Source: an uncultured Gemmatimonadales bacterium (GTDB lineage Bacteria; Gemmatimonadota; Gemmatimonadetes; Longimicrobiales; Gaopeijiaceae). Taken from it: a DNA stretch of 64,000 nt. The DNA lies in contig CAWELD010000010.1 of the NCBI GenBank assembly GCA_963809895.1, positions 480,001 through 544,000 on the forward strand, in the 5' to 3' direction. Each line of letters starts with the position of its first letter. The stretch's first letter is position 1. Of this stretch, positions 9,366-19,144 are shown piece by piece. Under the pieces are notes generated by a model. The model worked only from the letters and a program-made list of their open reading frames with translations, had not been told where the DNA came from and made no database searches. A program made the translations under genes and the position numbers.

Positions 9366-10694
9366 TCAGCGCCGCAGCACCTCGTCCACCTGCCGGGCGA
9401 TGTCGGTGGCGGCGGCGTCCAGCGGCTCGCCCCGGAGCAGGTGGCGGTCCATGACGCGGAAGACCAGCTCCTCGACCTCGTTGAAGTCCCGCACCCGGGC
9501 GCCCCAGGTCATGCGACCCAGCGCCGCCTGCTGGAGAAAGGCAGCCTCCACACCGGTGGTGTCGGCGGCGGCCAGCTCCTCGGCGACGTCCTGGAACGAG
9601 GGGATGGCCAGGCGCGTGCTCGCCCGAACGCGTTGCGCCTCTTCCGAGGCCAGGAAGGCCGCCAGCTCCAGCGCCCGGCGGCGGTGCACGACGTTGGCCG
9701 GCACCGCCCAGCCCGAGGCGTACAGCACTGTCACCGGGTCGACGCCCCGGCGATGGGGAATGGGCAGGATCGCCAGCGACGCCGGGTCCACGCCCATGCC
9801 CGAGACCAGAAGCTGCAGCGTCCAGTGTCCGGAGAAGAGCATGGCCTGCCCGCCGGTGGCGAAGCGCGCCTCACGCGCCGGGTCGCCGGCGGCCACGAAC
9901 TGCACGCCGGGCGTGACTTTCGCGTCGGTGACTAGGCCTGTGAGAAACCGGAAGCTCTCGACGGTGGCCGGACTGTCCAGATACCCCGTCGCCCGGGTTC
10001 CGTCTGGACCCAGGATGTCACCGCCGCCGGCCCATACCCACGGGATCCATTGGTAGGGGTTCCGGGGGAAGTCGAAGGCGTACAGGTCCACGCGGCCGTC
10101 GCCGGTGGTGTCGCGGGTGAGCGTGCGAGCCGCGGCGAGGAAGGCATCCCACGTCCAGTCCGCGCCCGGTGCTGGCAGCTCCGCCCCCCACCGCCGGAAC
10201 ACGGAGCGGTTGGCGTAGATCACCATGGGGGTGAAGTCCTTGGGGAACGCGTACAGGCGGCCGCCCCGCTCGAAGGTCTCCCGCACCTCGTCGAAGACCC
10301 GGCTGCGGTCGTAGCCCAGGGGCGGCAGGTACGGCGTCAGGTCGAGGGTGAGCCCCCGGTCCAGGAACGAGGGGATGTCGGGCCCGTCCAGGAGAAAGAC
10401 GTCGGGCGGCGCCCCGGCGGCGATGGCGGTGAGGAGCTTCTCCTGGTAGTTGGCCGGGGTGGACTCCACTACGACGTGCACCCCCGGGTGCCGCTCGGCG
10501 AAGAGGTCGGCGATGCGCTGCTCGGTGGTGACCTCCTGGTCCCCGGCCCACGTCAGCACGCGGAGGGTGACGGTCTCGGGGGATCCCGGAGCGGTGTCGG
10601 GGCCGCAGGCGGCGATTGAGAGCGCGACGGCAGCGGGCAGCCAACGGAATCCCACGGTAGATCGCTGCGCCGTACGCACCTGAGGTGAGATCAC
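9366..10694 (-). CDS. Sugar ABC transporter substrate-binding lipoprotein
   Basis: Lipobox IAAC; AGAPPDVFLLD, LYAFPKDFTP, WTWDAFLAAA. Confidence 0.9.
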   Translation of the reverse strand: MISPQVRTAQRSTVGFRWLPAAVALSIAACGPDTAPGSPETVTLRVLTWAGDQEVTTEQRIADLFAERHPGVHVVVESTPANYQEKLLTAIAAGAPPDVFLLDGPDIPSFLDRGLTLDLTPYLPPLGYDRSRVFDEVRETFERGGRLYAFPKDFTPMVIYANRSVFRRWGAELPAPGADWTWDAFLAAARTLTRDTTGDGRVDLYAFDFPRNPYQWIPWVWAGGGDILGPDGTRATGYLDSPATVESFRFLTGLVTDAKVTPGVQFVAAGDPAREARFATGGQAMLFSGHWTLQLLVSGMGVDPASLAILPIPHRRGVDPVTVLYASGWAVPANVVHRRRALELAAFLASEEAQRVRASTRLAIPSFQDVAEELAAADTTGVEAAFLQQAALGRMTWGARVRDFNEVEELVFRVMDRHLLRGEPLDAAATDIARQVDEVLRR

Positions 10695-10752
10695 GGGATC
10701 CGGGCTGAGGGGGGACTACGAGTGGACTCGGGGAAGGTCGGCGGGTGGGGGT

Positions 10753-10793
10753 CGTGGCGGCAAGGGAGGCCCTCAGCTTCCCCCGTACAGCCG
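10753..10793. repeat. 41-bp direct repeat of 44830-44870 (3' end of ATPase gene plus downstream DNA)
   Basis: 38/41 identical by manual alignment. Confidence 0.85.
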
Positions 10794-11415
10794 TGTTCGT
10801 GGAGGACCGTTCAGCGTTCGCCGCCCGACTCTCGGCAGCCGACGTAGGGGTGGTCCTGTGCGACGACAAGAGCGGATCGGAATTGGATGGGTGGATGCCC
10901 GGACTGCGTGCTCATGCACCGCTCACCCCGATACTGTGTGTCGCGCCCTTCACCACCGCTGTGGCTCGGGGCTCGCTCGGTCGGGGTTCGTCGATGTGGT
11001 ATGGGATTCGGAGCCGCCTGCCACACTCGCCAACCAGGTGGCCACGCTTCAATGGCCTGGGCCCGAGGTGGTGCTGAGGAGGCTGAGGCGGGCGGCCGAG
11101 GGGATGCGGTTTCCAGTGAACTCGGCCATCCGACGTTTGTGCGACCTCGAGAAGGCTGCCGTGAGAAGTGTGCGGCGGCTATGTGAAGAGATCAATGTGC
11201 CGGAGCGGACATTCCGGAAGGCGTGGCACGAAGCGTTGCCGGGATGCCGTCCGAGCATGATGGTCCGCTGGGTCTTGCTCATCAGGGCCATGGCTCTCCT
11301 GCATTACCAGCGTGCGGTGGTTCGTAGCACGCTACAAGCCTTTGCCGCGTTCGTGACGGATGCAGTCACTCCGGACCCTTCAGGCGGCGACGCACCAAAT
11401 GCCGAGATTGCCTGA
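10790..11415 (+). pseudogene. Receiver-like plus HTH (AraC-like) regulator remnant, frameshift near 10970
   Basis: Degenerate receiver-like region then SVRRLCEEINVPERTFRKAW; layout resembles 35568-36410; 5' boundary approximate. Confidence 0.5.
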
Positions 11416-11633
11416 GAGCGGCCGGGATTCTCATGGCGTAGGCTCATGATGGGCAACCCATCGTTTCGGCGGACCCAGGTTGAGCAGCACCCGGGTGACC
11501 TCGTCGGCATCCACAGGCTTCTCGCTAAGGGATGTCGTCCTCGACCTCCGACGCGTCCAGGTCGAGTAGGGCCCGGACTTCTTCCTGGTAGCTGCGTTGG
11601 GAGTGATCCGGAGGGGTCGTAGGCCTTCGCGTT

Positions 11634-12119
11634 CTAAGGCTCGTCCTGCAGAGCCCCGTACCTTCCCCCGAAGAAGAGAAGTGGCTCGCGGACGTCCTCG
11701 TCGCGGTCGATCTCTTCCACCTGCCCAACCACGATGAAGTGGTCTCCCGCTTCGTGCATCGCTACCGTGCGGCAGCGAAATGCGGCCATAGCCTCCGCGA
11801 GCCGGATCCCGTCCTTCCATGCCTGCAGCCGGTACGGGGGTGGGTCCTGCCCCCTCCATCCCCCTGCGAAGTACGTTGACAGGTCCTGTTGGGCCCGGGA
11901 GAGGATGTTCACGACGAACGTTCCCTCGCCCTCCATCAGGCTGGCGATCTTCGTGGCCGAGCCGACGCAGAGCAGGATCAACGGCGGATCCAGCGAGACC
12001 GACGTGAACGAGTTGGCGGTCATCGCGTGGGCTTCGCCCTTCATCCGGACGCTGACCACCGTCACGCCCGTGGCGAACAGGCCGAACGAGGATCGCAGAA
12101 TCTCAGGAGGAAGACTCAC
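11634..12119 (-). CDS. hpaC: Flavin reductase (HpaC-like)
   Basis: FATGVTVV, MTANSFTSVSLDPPL, AGDHFIVVG. Confidence 0.88.
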   Translation of the reverse strand: MSLPPEILRSSFGLFATGVTVVSVRMKGEAHAMTANSFTSVSLDPPLILLCVGSATKIASLMEGEGTFVVNILSRAQQDLSTYFAGGWRGQDPPPYRLQAWKDGIRLAEAMAAFRCRTVAMHEAGDHFIVVGQVEEIDRDEDVREPLLFFGGRYGALQDEP

Positions 12120-12466
12120 TTGCCCGTGACCTCTCCGTTCAATTCCAATACCGCCTCAGCGTTGAAGAACGGAGCCGGCCTCAGCAGCTTGTTCTCCATC
12201 CTGACGATGAGTGGACGAATCTGCGCCAGGTAGGGTGCCCAGGCCGGATCAGCCCGCATGGCTTCACGGCGTGTGTGCCGATCCTCGAAGTCCCGATATC
12301 CCCAGAGATGGACGACCTGATTGAGGGGTCCGACCTCCGTGGAGTAATAGCCTAGCAGGCCCCCGAGATACTTGAGCTGAATGTGCAGAGCTTGCGCCTC
12401 GTACCGACGCATATAGTCGGGCACCTTCCCTGGCCACAGATCGTACGTACGCTGTTCGATGATCAT
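12116..12466 (-). CDS. NIPSNAP family protein
   Basis: EQRTYDL, EVGPLNQVVHLWGY. Confidence 0.9.
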   Translation of the reverse strand: MIIEQRTYDLWPGKVPDYMRRYEAQALHIQLKYLGGLLGYYSTEVGPLNQVVHLWGYRDFEDRHTRREAMRADPAWAPYLAQIRPLIVRMENKLLRPAPFFNAEAVLELNGEVTGK

Positions 12467-13113
12467 ACCCGCTCCCGTCCGCCTGCCGGTCGAGGAAGTT
12501 CGAAGAAGGGTGTCTCGTCGGGCCCGCCGAGTTTCACGTCGAAGCGGTACACAGGGGGCGCTCCCTCTTCGGATGCGGAACCATCCCGACGGGCGATCAA
12601 CCGGCTGCGCAGCTCGGTGTCCTCGATGGCCAGCAGTTGTCGGTCAGCTTCGTTCAACGGCTCCCCAGGCATGAAGACCTGGGTGACCAGGGGTCGCATC
12701 ACGCCCGACGCGAGTATGCGGATGCGGAAATGGGGCGGACGGATCCACCCGGGCACCTCCGGGACGGAGTAGCTTCCCGGCTCGATGGTGCGGAAGCGGT
12801 ACCAGCCGTCAGCGTCCGTAGCGACCCTTCCCCACCCCCGGCAAACATGGTCATCCTCTGCGCCGGCCTCCTCTGTCCGCGTCGGAAAGCGCCCCATCGC
12901 ATCGGCTTGCCAAAGCTCCACCAGCGCGTTCTCAATGGGTTCGCCCTCCGCGTCGGTGACCCGACCGGCCAATACGAGTCTCCTCCCCGGGACGGTACTG
13001 CCTTCGGTGAGGTCGGCGTGCTCTGCCACGGTGAACTGGATCGGGAAGAACGGTCCGATCGTGTGATGGGCCGTCGGGCCGGGCCGGGGGGTATGGGCCT
13101 CGTCACGCATCAT
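12463..13113 (-). CDS. pcaG: Protocatechuate 3,4-dioxygenase alpha-like subunit
   Basis: TIGPFF, VELWQADAMG, GWGR, FRTIEPG, ETPFFE; lacks the full Fe ligand set. Confidence 0.82.
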   Translation of the reverse strand: MMRDEAHTPRPGPTAHHTIGPFFPIQFTVAEHADLTEGSTVPGRRLVLAGRVTDAEGEPIENALVELWQADAMGRFPTRTEEAGAEDDHVCRGWGRVATDADGWYRFRTIEPGSYSVPEVPGWIRPPHFRIRILASGVMRPLVTQVFMPGEPLNEADRQLLAIEDTELRSRLIARRDGSASEEGAPPVYRFDVKLGGPDETPFFELPRPAGGRERV

Positions 13114-13841
13114 CGACGCCCCTCGAACGGCGTCGCCCGTGAGCCGCCCAGCACGATGTCGTGACTGTAGCCGAGCACGCCGTCGGACGTCCGCGCCTCG
13201 GGAACGAAGTCACAGACCAGTCTGTCCCGGGCCGCTGCATCCGGAATGCTGTTCAGCAGGAGATCCAACTCGTTGAGCGGTTCGCCCGGGAAGTAGATCT
13301 GGGTGGTCAGTCGACTCCCGAACGTGCGGCCCCAGATGGAGAGATGTAGATGCGGCGGGCGCCACCAATTCGCGGCACTTCCGGCCCCGTCGCTCGGAAC
13401 TGCATACCCACCGGGCTTGATGGTGCGGAAGGTGAAGCGACCTTCTTCATCAGCGAAGAACCGTCCGAGGCCATGGAAGTTGGGGTCGAGCGGACTGGCC
13501 GAGGGGTCGTTCCGGTGCAGGTATCTGCCAGCAGCGTTCGCTTGCCATAGCTCGATCATGGCGTTCGGCACGGGCCGCCCGCCCGGGTCGAGGATCTGCC
13601 CCGTCATCACGATCAGTTGGCCCATGGCCCGGGGCCGTCCCGGGCTGATGACACTCAGGTCGTTTCCGTGAAGATCCATCGTCACGGGGTCGAAAACCGG
13701 TCCGGCCCGGTCGGCGGAATCGGCAAGCAGCGGCCAGGGAGACAAACTTGGAGTTCTCAGGCCGCTCTTCCGGTATCCTGCGATTACCCGCGGCGGTTGG
13801 GTCGGATCTTCCGTTGTCACTCGCACTCGGTGTTCACTCAT
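13110..13841 (-). CDS. pcaH: Protocatechuate 3,4-dioxygenase beta-like subunit
   Basis: WQANAAGRYLH, TIKPGGY, WRPPHLH (two Tyr and two His Fe ligands). Confidence 0.88.
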   Translation of the reverse strand: MSEHRVRVTTEDPTQPPRVIAGYRKSGLRTPSLSPWPLLADSADRAGPVFDPVTMDLHGNDLSVISPGRPRAMGQLIVMTGQILDPGGRPVPNAMIELWQANAAGRYLHRNDPSASPLDPNFHGLGRFFADEEGRFTFRTIKPGGYAVPSDGAGSAANWWRPPHLHLSIWGRTFGSRLTTQIYFPGEPLNELDLLLNSIPDAAARDRLVCDFVPEARTSDGVLGYSHDIVLGGSRATPFEGRR

Positions 13842-13862
13842 CTCTGATCCTCTCCTGACAGG

Positions 13863-15050
13863 TCAGGTCACCCAGATCTCTTCAATCGTCATGTCCCCCA
13901 CAGCCTCTTGATCCAGCTCCACCCCGTTTCCGGGGCCTTTGGGCACCAGCATATGCCCGCCCTCCACTATGGGCGGGTTCAGACACAGCGAGTGCTCGAG
14001 CAGGTGCAGTCCGGAGTCGTTGGCCCTGCGGATCGGCTCGCAGGCTGCGGCCAGATGCAGATTCACCGCAGTTCCCACGCCGGACTCGAAGAGGCTGTGT
14101 ATGGCCACCTCCATCCCCCGTCCATCAACGGCCCGCACCGTCTCGTGGAACCCCTGGATGCCCCCCCACAGGAAGACGTCGGCCAGAACGACATCCACGG
14201 CCTGCAGTCGTGCGGCCGGGGCCAGATGCTCGCGCGAAGTCACGAACATGTTCGTCGCCACAGAGGACGCGCTCGCTGACCGGACCGTGCTCAACCCTTC
14301 CAACTCGGGGGCCGGATCCTCTAGGAACTCCAGTTCCAGTTCGTCCAGATCTCCACACAACCCCAGTGCCTCCGCCACGGAGTATCCGGCATTCGGATCG
14401 AAACGCAGTCGGGACTGAGGGCCCAGTGCTGCGCGGAGTTCCCGCATGACGCAGAGATCCCAGCCTGGATCCAGGGCTGCGCTCTTGTACTTGAAGCAGC
14501 GAAATCCACGCTCCTCGGCGTGGGCGCGGGCGCACTCAGCGACGCGATAGGCGTTGGCGCGGTCGGCCATGTGGGCGCGCAGATCCGTGGCGTCCGAAGC
14601 GCTCTCGAAAACCGCGGCTGACAGAGGACACACGACCTCGATGCTCCTCCGCAATGCACCCCCCAGGGCCTGACTGAGGGAGACTCCGTCATGGCGAGCC
14701 ACCAAGTCCCAAGCCGAAGTCTCCAGGGTTGCCAGGGCAGACCAGCCGTTGCGTCCATTTCGATTGTGGAAGGTGGTAGGAGCGAACTCTCTCCGTAGCG
14801 CGTCACGGTCTCGTAGGTCCCGACCCAACCACGTCCGCGCCAGAGCCGCCGTGAGTCGGACTACCTCGGGGTAGCCCGGCCCGTCGCCGATGCCGACCTC
14901 ACCGTTCTCGCTCTCCAGTTCGACGATTGTGCGCACCGTGGAGTCCATCACGTACATGGAACTCACGTAGACGAAGTTCAGCGGGATGCGCACGCGGCGG
15001 ATGCGCACACTTCGGAGCCTCAGCGGAGCCGACACGGATACGGGGTTCAC
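13863..15050 (-). CDS. Enolase superfamily enzyme (glucarate dehydratase / muconate cycloisomerase-like)
   Basis: FKYK, RFDPN, FLEDP, ATNM; GTG overlaps upstream stop. Confidence 0.82.
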   Translation of the reverse strand: MNPVSVSAPLRLRSVRIRRVRIPLNFVYVSSMYVMDSTVRTIVELESENGEVGIGDGPGYPEVVRLTAALARTWLGRDLRDRDALRREFAPTTFHNRNGRNGWSALATLETSAWDLVARHDGVSLSQALGGALRRSIEVVCPLSAAVFESASDATDLRAHMADRANAYRVAECARAHAEERGFRCFKYKSAALDPGWDLCVMRELRAALGPQSRLRFDPNAGYSVAEALGLCGDLDELELEFLEDPAPELEGLSTVRSASASSVATNMFVTSREHLAPAARLQAVDVVLADVFLWGGIQGFHETVRAVDGRGMEVAIHSLFESGVGTAVNLHLAAACEPIRRANDSGLHLLEHSLCLNPPIVEGGHMLVPKGPGNGVELDQEAVGDMTIEEIWVT

Positions 15051-15811
15051 TTCGGGTCCCGCGCCCGCACCCAGCGGGACAGGGGCACTCCGTCGTCCAG
15101 CAGCTTCATGCGCGCCCTTTCGGCACGCACGCTCTCCTCCGCGAGCGTCACGACCTGCTCGGCGCGAGCTGTGGGCACGACACACACGCCGACATCGTCG
15201 GCCAGCACGAGATCGCCGGGCCGGACATCGACCCCAGACACCGTGACATGCCCGTTCACCTCGACCGACTCCAGGCGGTACTTGCCGGTAAGTGGGCTTA
15301 CCGACCGCGACCAGACCGGGAACCCCATCCTGCGCAACGCGTCGATGTCGCGCACGCCGCCGTCCACTATGGCGCCGACCTCACCCTGCCGAAGACCGAT
15401 CCGTCCCGACACCGCGCCCATGTTGGAGACGGGTTCGGGCACGCTCTGGATGACGAGCACATCGCCAGGTCGCGCCAGGTTGTGGCATTCAACGTCGGCC
15501 AGTCGCGAACTCCTTTCCTCGACGGCTCGCGTGAGCCCGTCAGTCCGGGCCACATTTCGCAACGTGACCGCCGAGCCGACCAGGCGATTACCGGGGCTAC
15601 GTGGCACCAGGACCGAGCCGGAGACCCCTCCTCCGATCTGCAGTCGGTCCAGGATGTCAGACACGGTGGAAGTGAGGTCGTCCAGCGCCTGGAACCGTGC
15701 GACGATGGCGGGTTCGGGGCGGGCCGACCATCGTACGCGGACGCGAGCTTCGTCGATGCGCCCTGTCGGCGTCCATTCCGTAGCCTCGGAGCCAGTCGAC
15801 GTGTCGCTCAT
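15047..15811 (-). CDS. RraA family / HMG-CHA aldolase-like protein
   Basis: GSAVT, DVLVI, IVDGGVRD, PGDLVLADDVGVCVVP. Confidence 0.85.
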   Translation of the reverse strand: MSDTSTGSEATEWTPTGRIDEARVRVRWSARPEPAIVARFQALDDLTSTVSDILDRLQIGGGVSGSVLVPRSPGNRLVGSAVTLRNVARTDGLTRAVEERSSRLADVECHNLARPGDVLVIQSVPEPVSNMGAVSGRIGLRQGEVGAIVDGGVRDIDALRRMGFPVWSRSVSPLTGKYRLESVEVNGHVTVSGVDVRPGDLVLADDVGVCVVPTARAEQVVTLAEESVRAERARMKLLDDGVPLSRWVRARDPK

Positions 15812-16680
15812 CCCTGAAAGCGCGGCTCCTCGATTCCCCGCACCCCGGGTACGCACGCGAACAGCGCTCCGGCCAGAGGCTCCCGCGCGAGCTGCGCCGG
15901 GGACAGGCGCTGGGAGGCGGTGGTGATGTACATCGTGTCCAGACGCGATCCTCCGAAGGTCACGCAAGTGGGATTCGACACGGGGACCTCCACGACACAG
16001 TCTACCGAGCCGTCCGGCCGATAGCGGACCACACGCGCCCCGGCATACTCGGCGTTCCACAGGCATCCGTCCTCGTCTACGGCGGATCCATCCGGACGGC
16101 CGGGCTGATCCCGCGTGTCGCGAAAGAGCCGCTCGTTCGACATCCGTCCCTCGTCGGAATCGAAGTCATAGGCAAGGATGTGGTGGCGGTACGTATCGGC
16201 GAAGTACATGACAGAGGAATCCGGACTCCATGCCAGGCTATTCGGCACGATGACGTCTTCCAGCATGCGCCGACACGATCCGGCTCCGTCCAGGCGGTAC
16301 AGTGCTCCCACGGGATCTCTACTGACATCGCTCATGGTCCCCGCCCAGAACCTCCCGGCACGGTCGCATCGCCCGTCGTTGAATCGGTTCTGGGGATGGT
16401 CCTGCTCGGGAGACGCGAGCAGGGAGATGTCGCCGGTATCCGGGTCAAGCGTGTATATGCCGGTCTTCATGGCCGCGACGAAACCGCCACTTTCCCGCAA
16501 GGCCACGGAGCCCACCACCTCAGGCAGGCTGGACCGACTCCAGCCCGACCCATCCGCCTCGCAGGACTGCAGCGCCGGGCCGCGGCTGTCGACCCACCAC
16601 AGCCTCCCAGCCCTTCCGTCCCACACTGGGCTCTCACCCAGGCGATCACCGCACCTCACGACCAACTCCACATCGCTCAT
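15808..16680 (-). CDS. SMP-30/gluconolactonase family lactonase
   Basis: LGESPVWD, NRFNDG, PNSLAWSPD, PDGSAVD. Confidence 0.9.
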   Translation of the reverse strand: MSDVELVVRCGDRLGESPVWDGRAGRLWWVDSRGPALQSCEADGSGWSRSSLPEVVGSVALRESGGFVAAMKTGIYTLDPDTGDISLLASPEQDHPQNRFNDGRCDRAGRFWAGTMSDVSRDPVGALYRLDGAGSCRRMLEDVIVPNSLAWSPDSSVMYFADTYRHHILAYDFDSDEGRMSNERLFRDTRDQPGRPDGSAVDEDGCLWNAEYAGARVVRYRPDGSVDCVVEVPVSNPTCVTFGGSRLDTMYITTASQRLSPAQLAREPLAGALFACVPGVRGIEEPRFQG

Positions 16681-18155
16681 GTCCAAGCGGCGTCGTCGGA
16701 GTGACCCGCCCAACGTGTGGTCACTTTTCGGCTTTGCGTCCAGAACGCCAGGGACCCAGAGCCTGTGATGTCCCCAACACCAAATCTGGAGTGGTACCAT
16801 CCTCCAAAGGAGAACGGCTCGCGCGGCACGGGGACGCCTACGTTCACGCCGACCATTCCAGCGCGCACACGCTCGGTGACGGTGCGGGCCGCACCGCCGT
16901 CATTCGTGAATACCGAAGCCGCATTGCCGAACGGCGATGCGTTTTCCAACGCCACTGCGTCCAGCAGGCGGTCCACTCGCATCACCGCGAGAACGGGGCC
17001 GAAGACCTCATCACGTGATATGCGCATCGCGGGCGTGACGCCATCGATCACCGTCGGCCCTAGCCAGAACCCGCCGCTGCGGTCTCCCATCTTTGGCGAC
17101 CGTCCGTCCACAACGACTCGGGCGCCCTCACGCTCTGCCTCGTCGATGGCGGCCACGATCCGGTCGCGCGCGTGGGCAGAAATCACGGGTCCCATGTGAA
17201 CGCCGGGCTCCATGGCCCGGGCCTGCCTGATCAGCTCGTCGATGAGCTCGTCCGTGCCTGGTAGGGTCACCAACACCGAAGCCGCCATGCAGCGCTGCCC
17301 GGTGCAGCCCGCCATCGCGCCCAGAATAGCAGGCGGCGCGGTAACCGGGTCGGCGTCGGGAAGCAGGATCACATGGTTCTTCGCTCCTCCCAGGGCCAGC
17401 GCCCGTTTCAGGGTGGAGGTCGCTCGTCGGAAGACCGACTGTGCGGCAGGGGTCGAGCCGACGAAGGTGACCGCCACCACATCCGGGTGATCGCAGAGGG
17501 CCTCGACCGCAGATCGATCACCGTTCACCACGTTGAATACACCGGGCGGAAGACCCGCCTCGGCCAGGAGGTCCGCGGTCCGAGCCGCTGTGAGCGGCAC
17601 ACGCTCCGACGGTTTGAGGACCATGGTGTTGCCCAGCACCAAAGCCGTGGGAATGGTCCAGTGGGGCACCATGCAGGGAAAGTTGAACGGTGTGATCGAC
17701 GCCACGACACCCAGTGGCAGGATCTCGGAGCGGCACTCAACCCCGGCGCTGACCCGGTCGATACTTCCGGTCGTCAACTGCGGGAGCGAGCAGGCGAACT
17801 CCGTTTCCTCGATGGCCTTGTACACCTCCGCCTCGGCTTCCTCCTTGGTCTTGCCGTGCTCCTCCCTGATGAGGGAGCCCAGTTCCTCTACGTGCTCTTC
17901 CAGGAGAGTCCGATACCGGTAGAACACCTCGGCGCGCTCCCTTGACGTCAACGCGGACCACGAGGAGAAGGCCTCCCGGGCCACCTGAACGGCACGCCCC
18001 ACAGTGTCTGTAGACCCCAGGGGCACGTGTGCGATGATCTCCCCGGTTGACGGGTTGTGCACATCGGCCCTGGGACCATCGTCGTCTATGGGCACACCTC
18101 CGATCCGGTGCTGAACAAGCCCATATCGAGGGTCGGTCGTCGGTGTCATCGTCAT
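16677..18155 (-). CDS. mmsA: CoA-acylating (methyl)malonate-semialdehyde dehydrogenase
   Basis: ITPFNFP, ALGGAKNH, GQRCMA, VGVPVPREPFSFGG. Confidence 0.9.
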   Translation of the reverse strand: MTMTPTTDPRYGLVQHRIGGVPIDDDGPRADVHNPSTGEIIAHVPLGSTDTVGRAVQVAREAFSSWSALTSRERAEVFYRYRTLLEEHVEELGSLIREEHGKTKEEAEAEVYKAIEETEFACSLPQLTTGSIDRVSAGVECRSEILPLGVVASITPFNFPCMVPHWTIPTALVLGNTMVLKPSERVPLTAARTADLLAEAGLPPGVFNVVNGDRSAVEALCDHPDVVAVTFVGSTPAAQSVFRRATSTLKRALALGGAKNHVILLPDADPVTAPPAILGAMAGCTGQRCMAASVLVTLPGTDELIDELIRQARAMEPGVHMGPVISAHARDRIVAAIDEAEREGARVVVDGRSPKMGDRSGGFWLGPTVIDGVTPAMRISRDEVFGPVLAVMRVDRLLDAVALENASPFGNAASVFTNDGGAARTVTERVRAGMVGVNVGVPVPREPFSFGGWYHSRFGVGDITGSGSLAFWTQSRKVTTRWAGHSDDAAWT

Positions 18156-19144
18156 GTGCGGTACACCACGTTTTCAGGCTCGGCACCCCTAGCAAACCGA
18201 GCTAGGTTCTCGGCAATGAACGCCCATCGCCGCTCCAGCATTCCCTTGGTCCAAGCGGACGAATGGGGCGTCATCAGGACGTTCTCCAACTCAGCGAAGG
18301 GATGGCGGGAGGGTGGCGGATTCCGATCGCCTTCGGTGGGATAGCGGTACCAGGCGTCGAGCACCGCGCCGCCGATCAGTCCGGTCCTGAGGGCGTGGAA
18401 GAGGGCATCCTCATCAACCACTTCGCCGCGAGCGACGTTGATCAGCACGCCCGAATCCTTCATGCAAACCAGTTCATGGACGCCAATCAGGCCTAGCGTC
18501 TTGTGCCCGAGGGCCGTAGCCACCACGACGAAGTCGCACTCTCCCAGGAAGTCCTGGAGGGCGTCGAACCCCACGACGCTCTCCGCAAGGCCCTCTTTTC
18601 CGGCCGGCGTTCGTGTGCAGGCCAGCACCCGCGCACCCATGCAACGGGCCCTGCGTGCCACGGCTTGGCCGATACGCCCCAGGCCCACGATTCCGACCGT
18701 CGACTGGCCCAACTCACGCCCGAGGGGACCATCCATGCGGCCGCTCATGCGCCAACTCCCGGCTCGAAACGTCCTCTCTGCCTCTCGAAACGTCGAGCAA
18801 TTCAGCAGCATGGCGAGGACCACGTACTCGGCGATGGCCCCTTCATGACCGTAGGCGTTGGCCACCACGACTCCCGTGGGCAGGTGGTCGATGTCGATGC
18901 CATCCCACCCCGAACCCGCCACTTGGAGAAACTCCAGGTGCGGGGCAGGCGGCATCTCACGCGTATAGCGCAGAGTGAGCACTACCCGGGCCTCGGCCAG
19001 CACCCCGGTCATTTCCTCGATGGGCGTATCGTCCAAGACGCAGCTGAGCCGAGCCCCGGGGAATAGGTCCTTCAGGACCACCCCCTGTTCGCATGCCAGG
19101 GTGCCCAACATCACGACATCCAGAGGTTCAGCCGCCGTCGCCAT
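18152..19144 (-). CDS. D-2-hydroxyacid dehydrogenase
   Basis: GLGRIG, INVARG, GAVLDAW, MTPHSS. Confidence 0.88.
   Translation of the reverse strand: MATAAEPLDVVMLGTLACEQGVVLKDLFPGARLSCVLDDTPIEEMTGVLAEARVVLTLRYTREMPPAPHLEFLQVAGSGWDGIDIDHLPTGVVVANAYGHEGAIAEYVVLAMLLNCSTFREAERTFRAGSWRMSGRMDGPLGRELGQSTVGIVGLGRIGQAVARRARCMGARVLACTRTPAGKEGLAESVVGFDALQDFLGECDFVVVATALGHKTLGLIGVHELVCMKDSGVLINVARGEVVDEDALFHALRTGLIGGAVLDAWYRYPTEGDRNPPPSRHPFAELENVLMTPHSSAWTKGMLERRWAFIAENLARFARGAEPENVVYRT

Noticed and set aside
11431..11630. Possible gene remnant downstream of hpaC
   Set aside because: Too short and interrupted to assign
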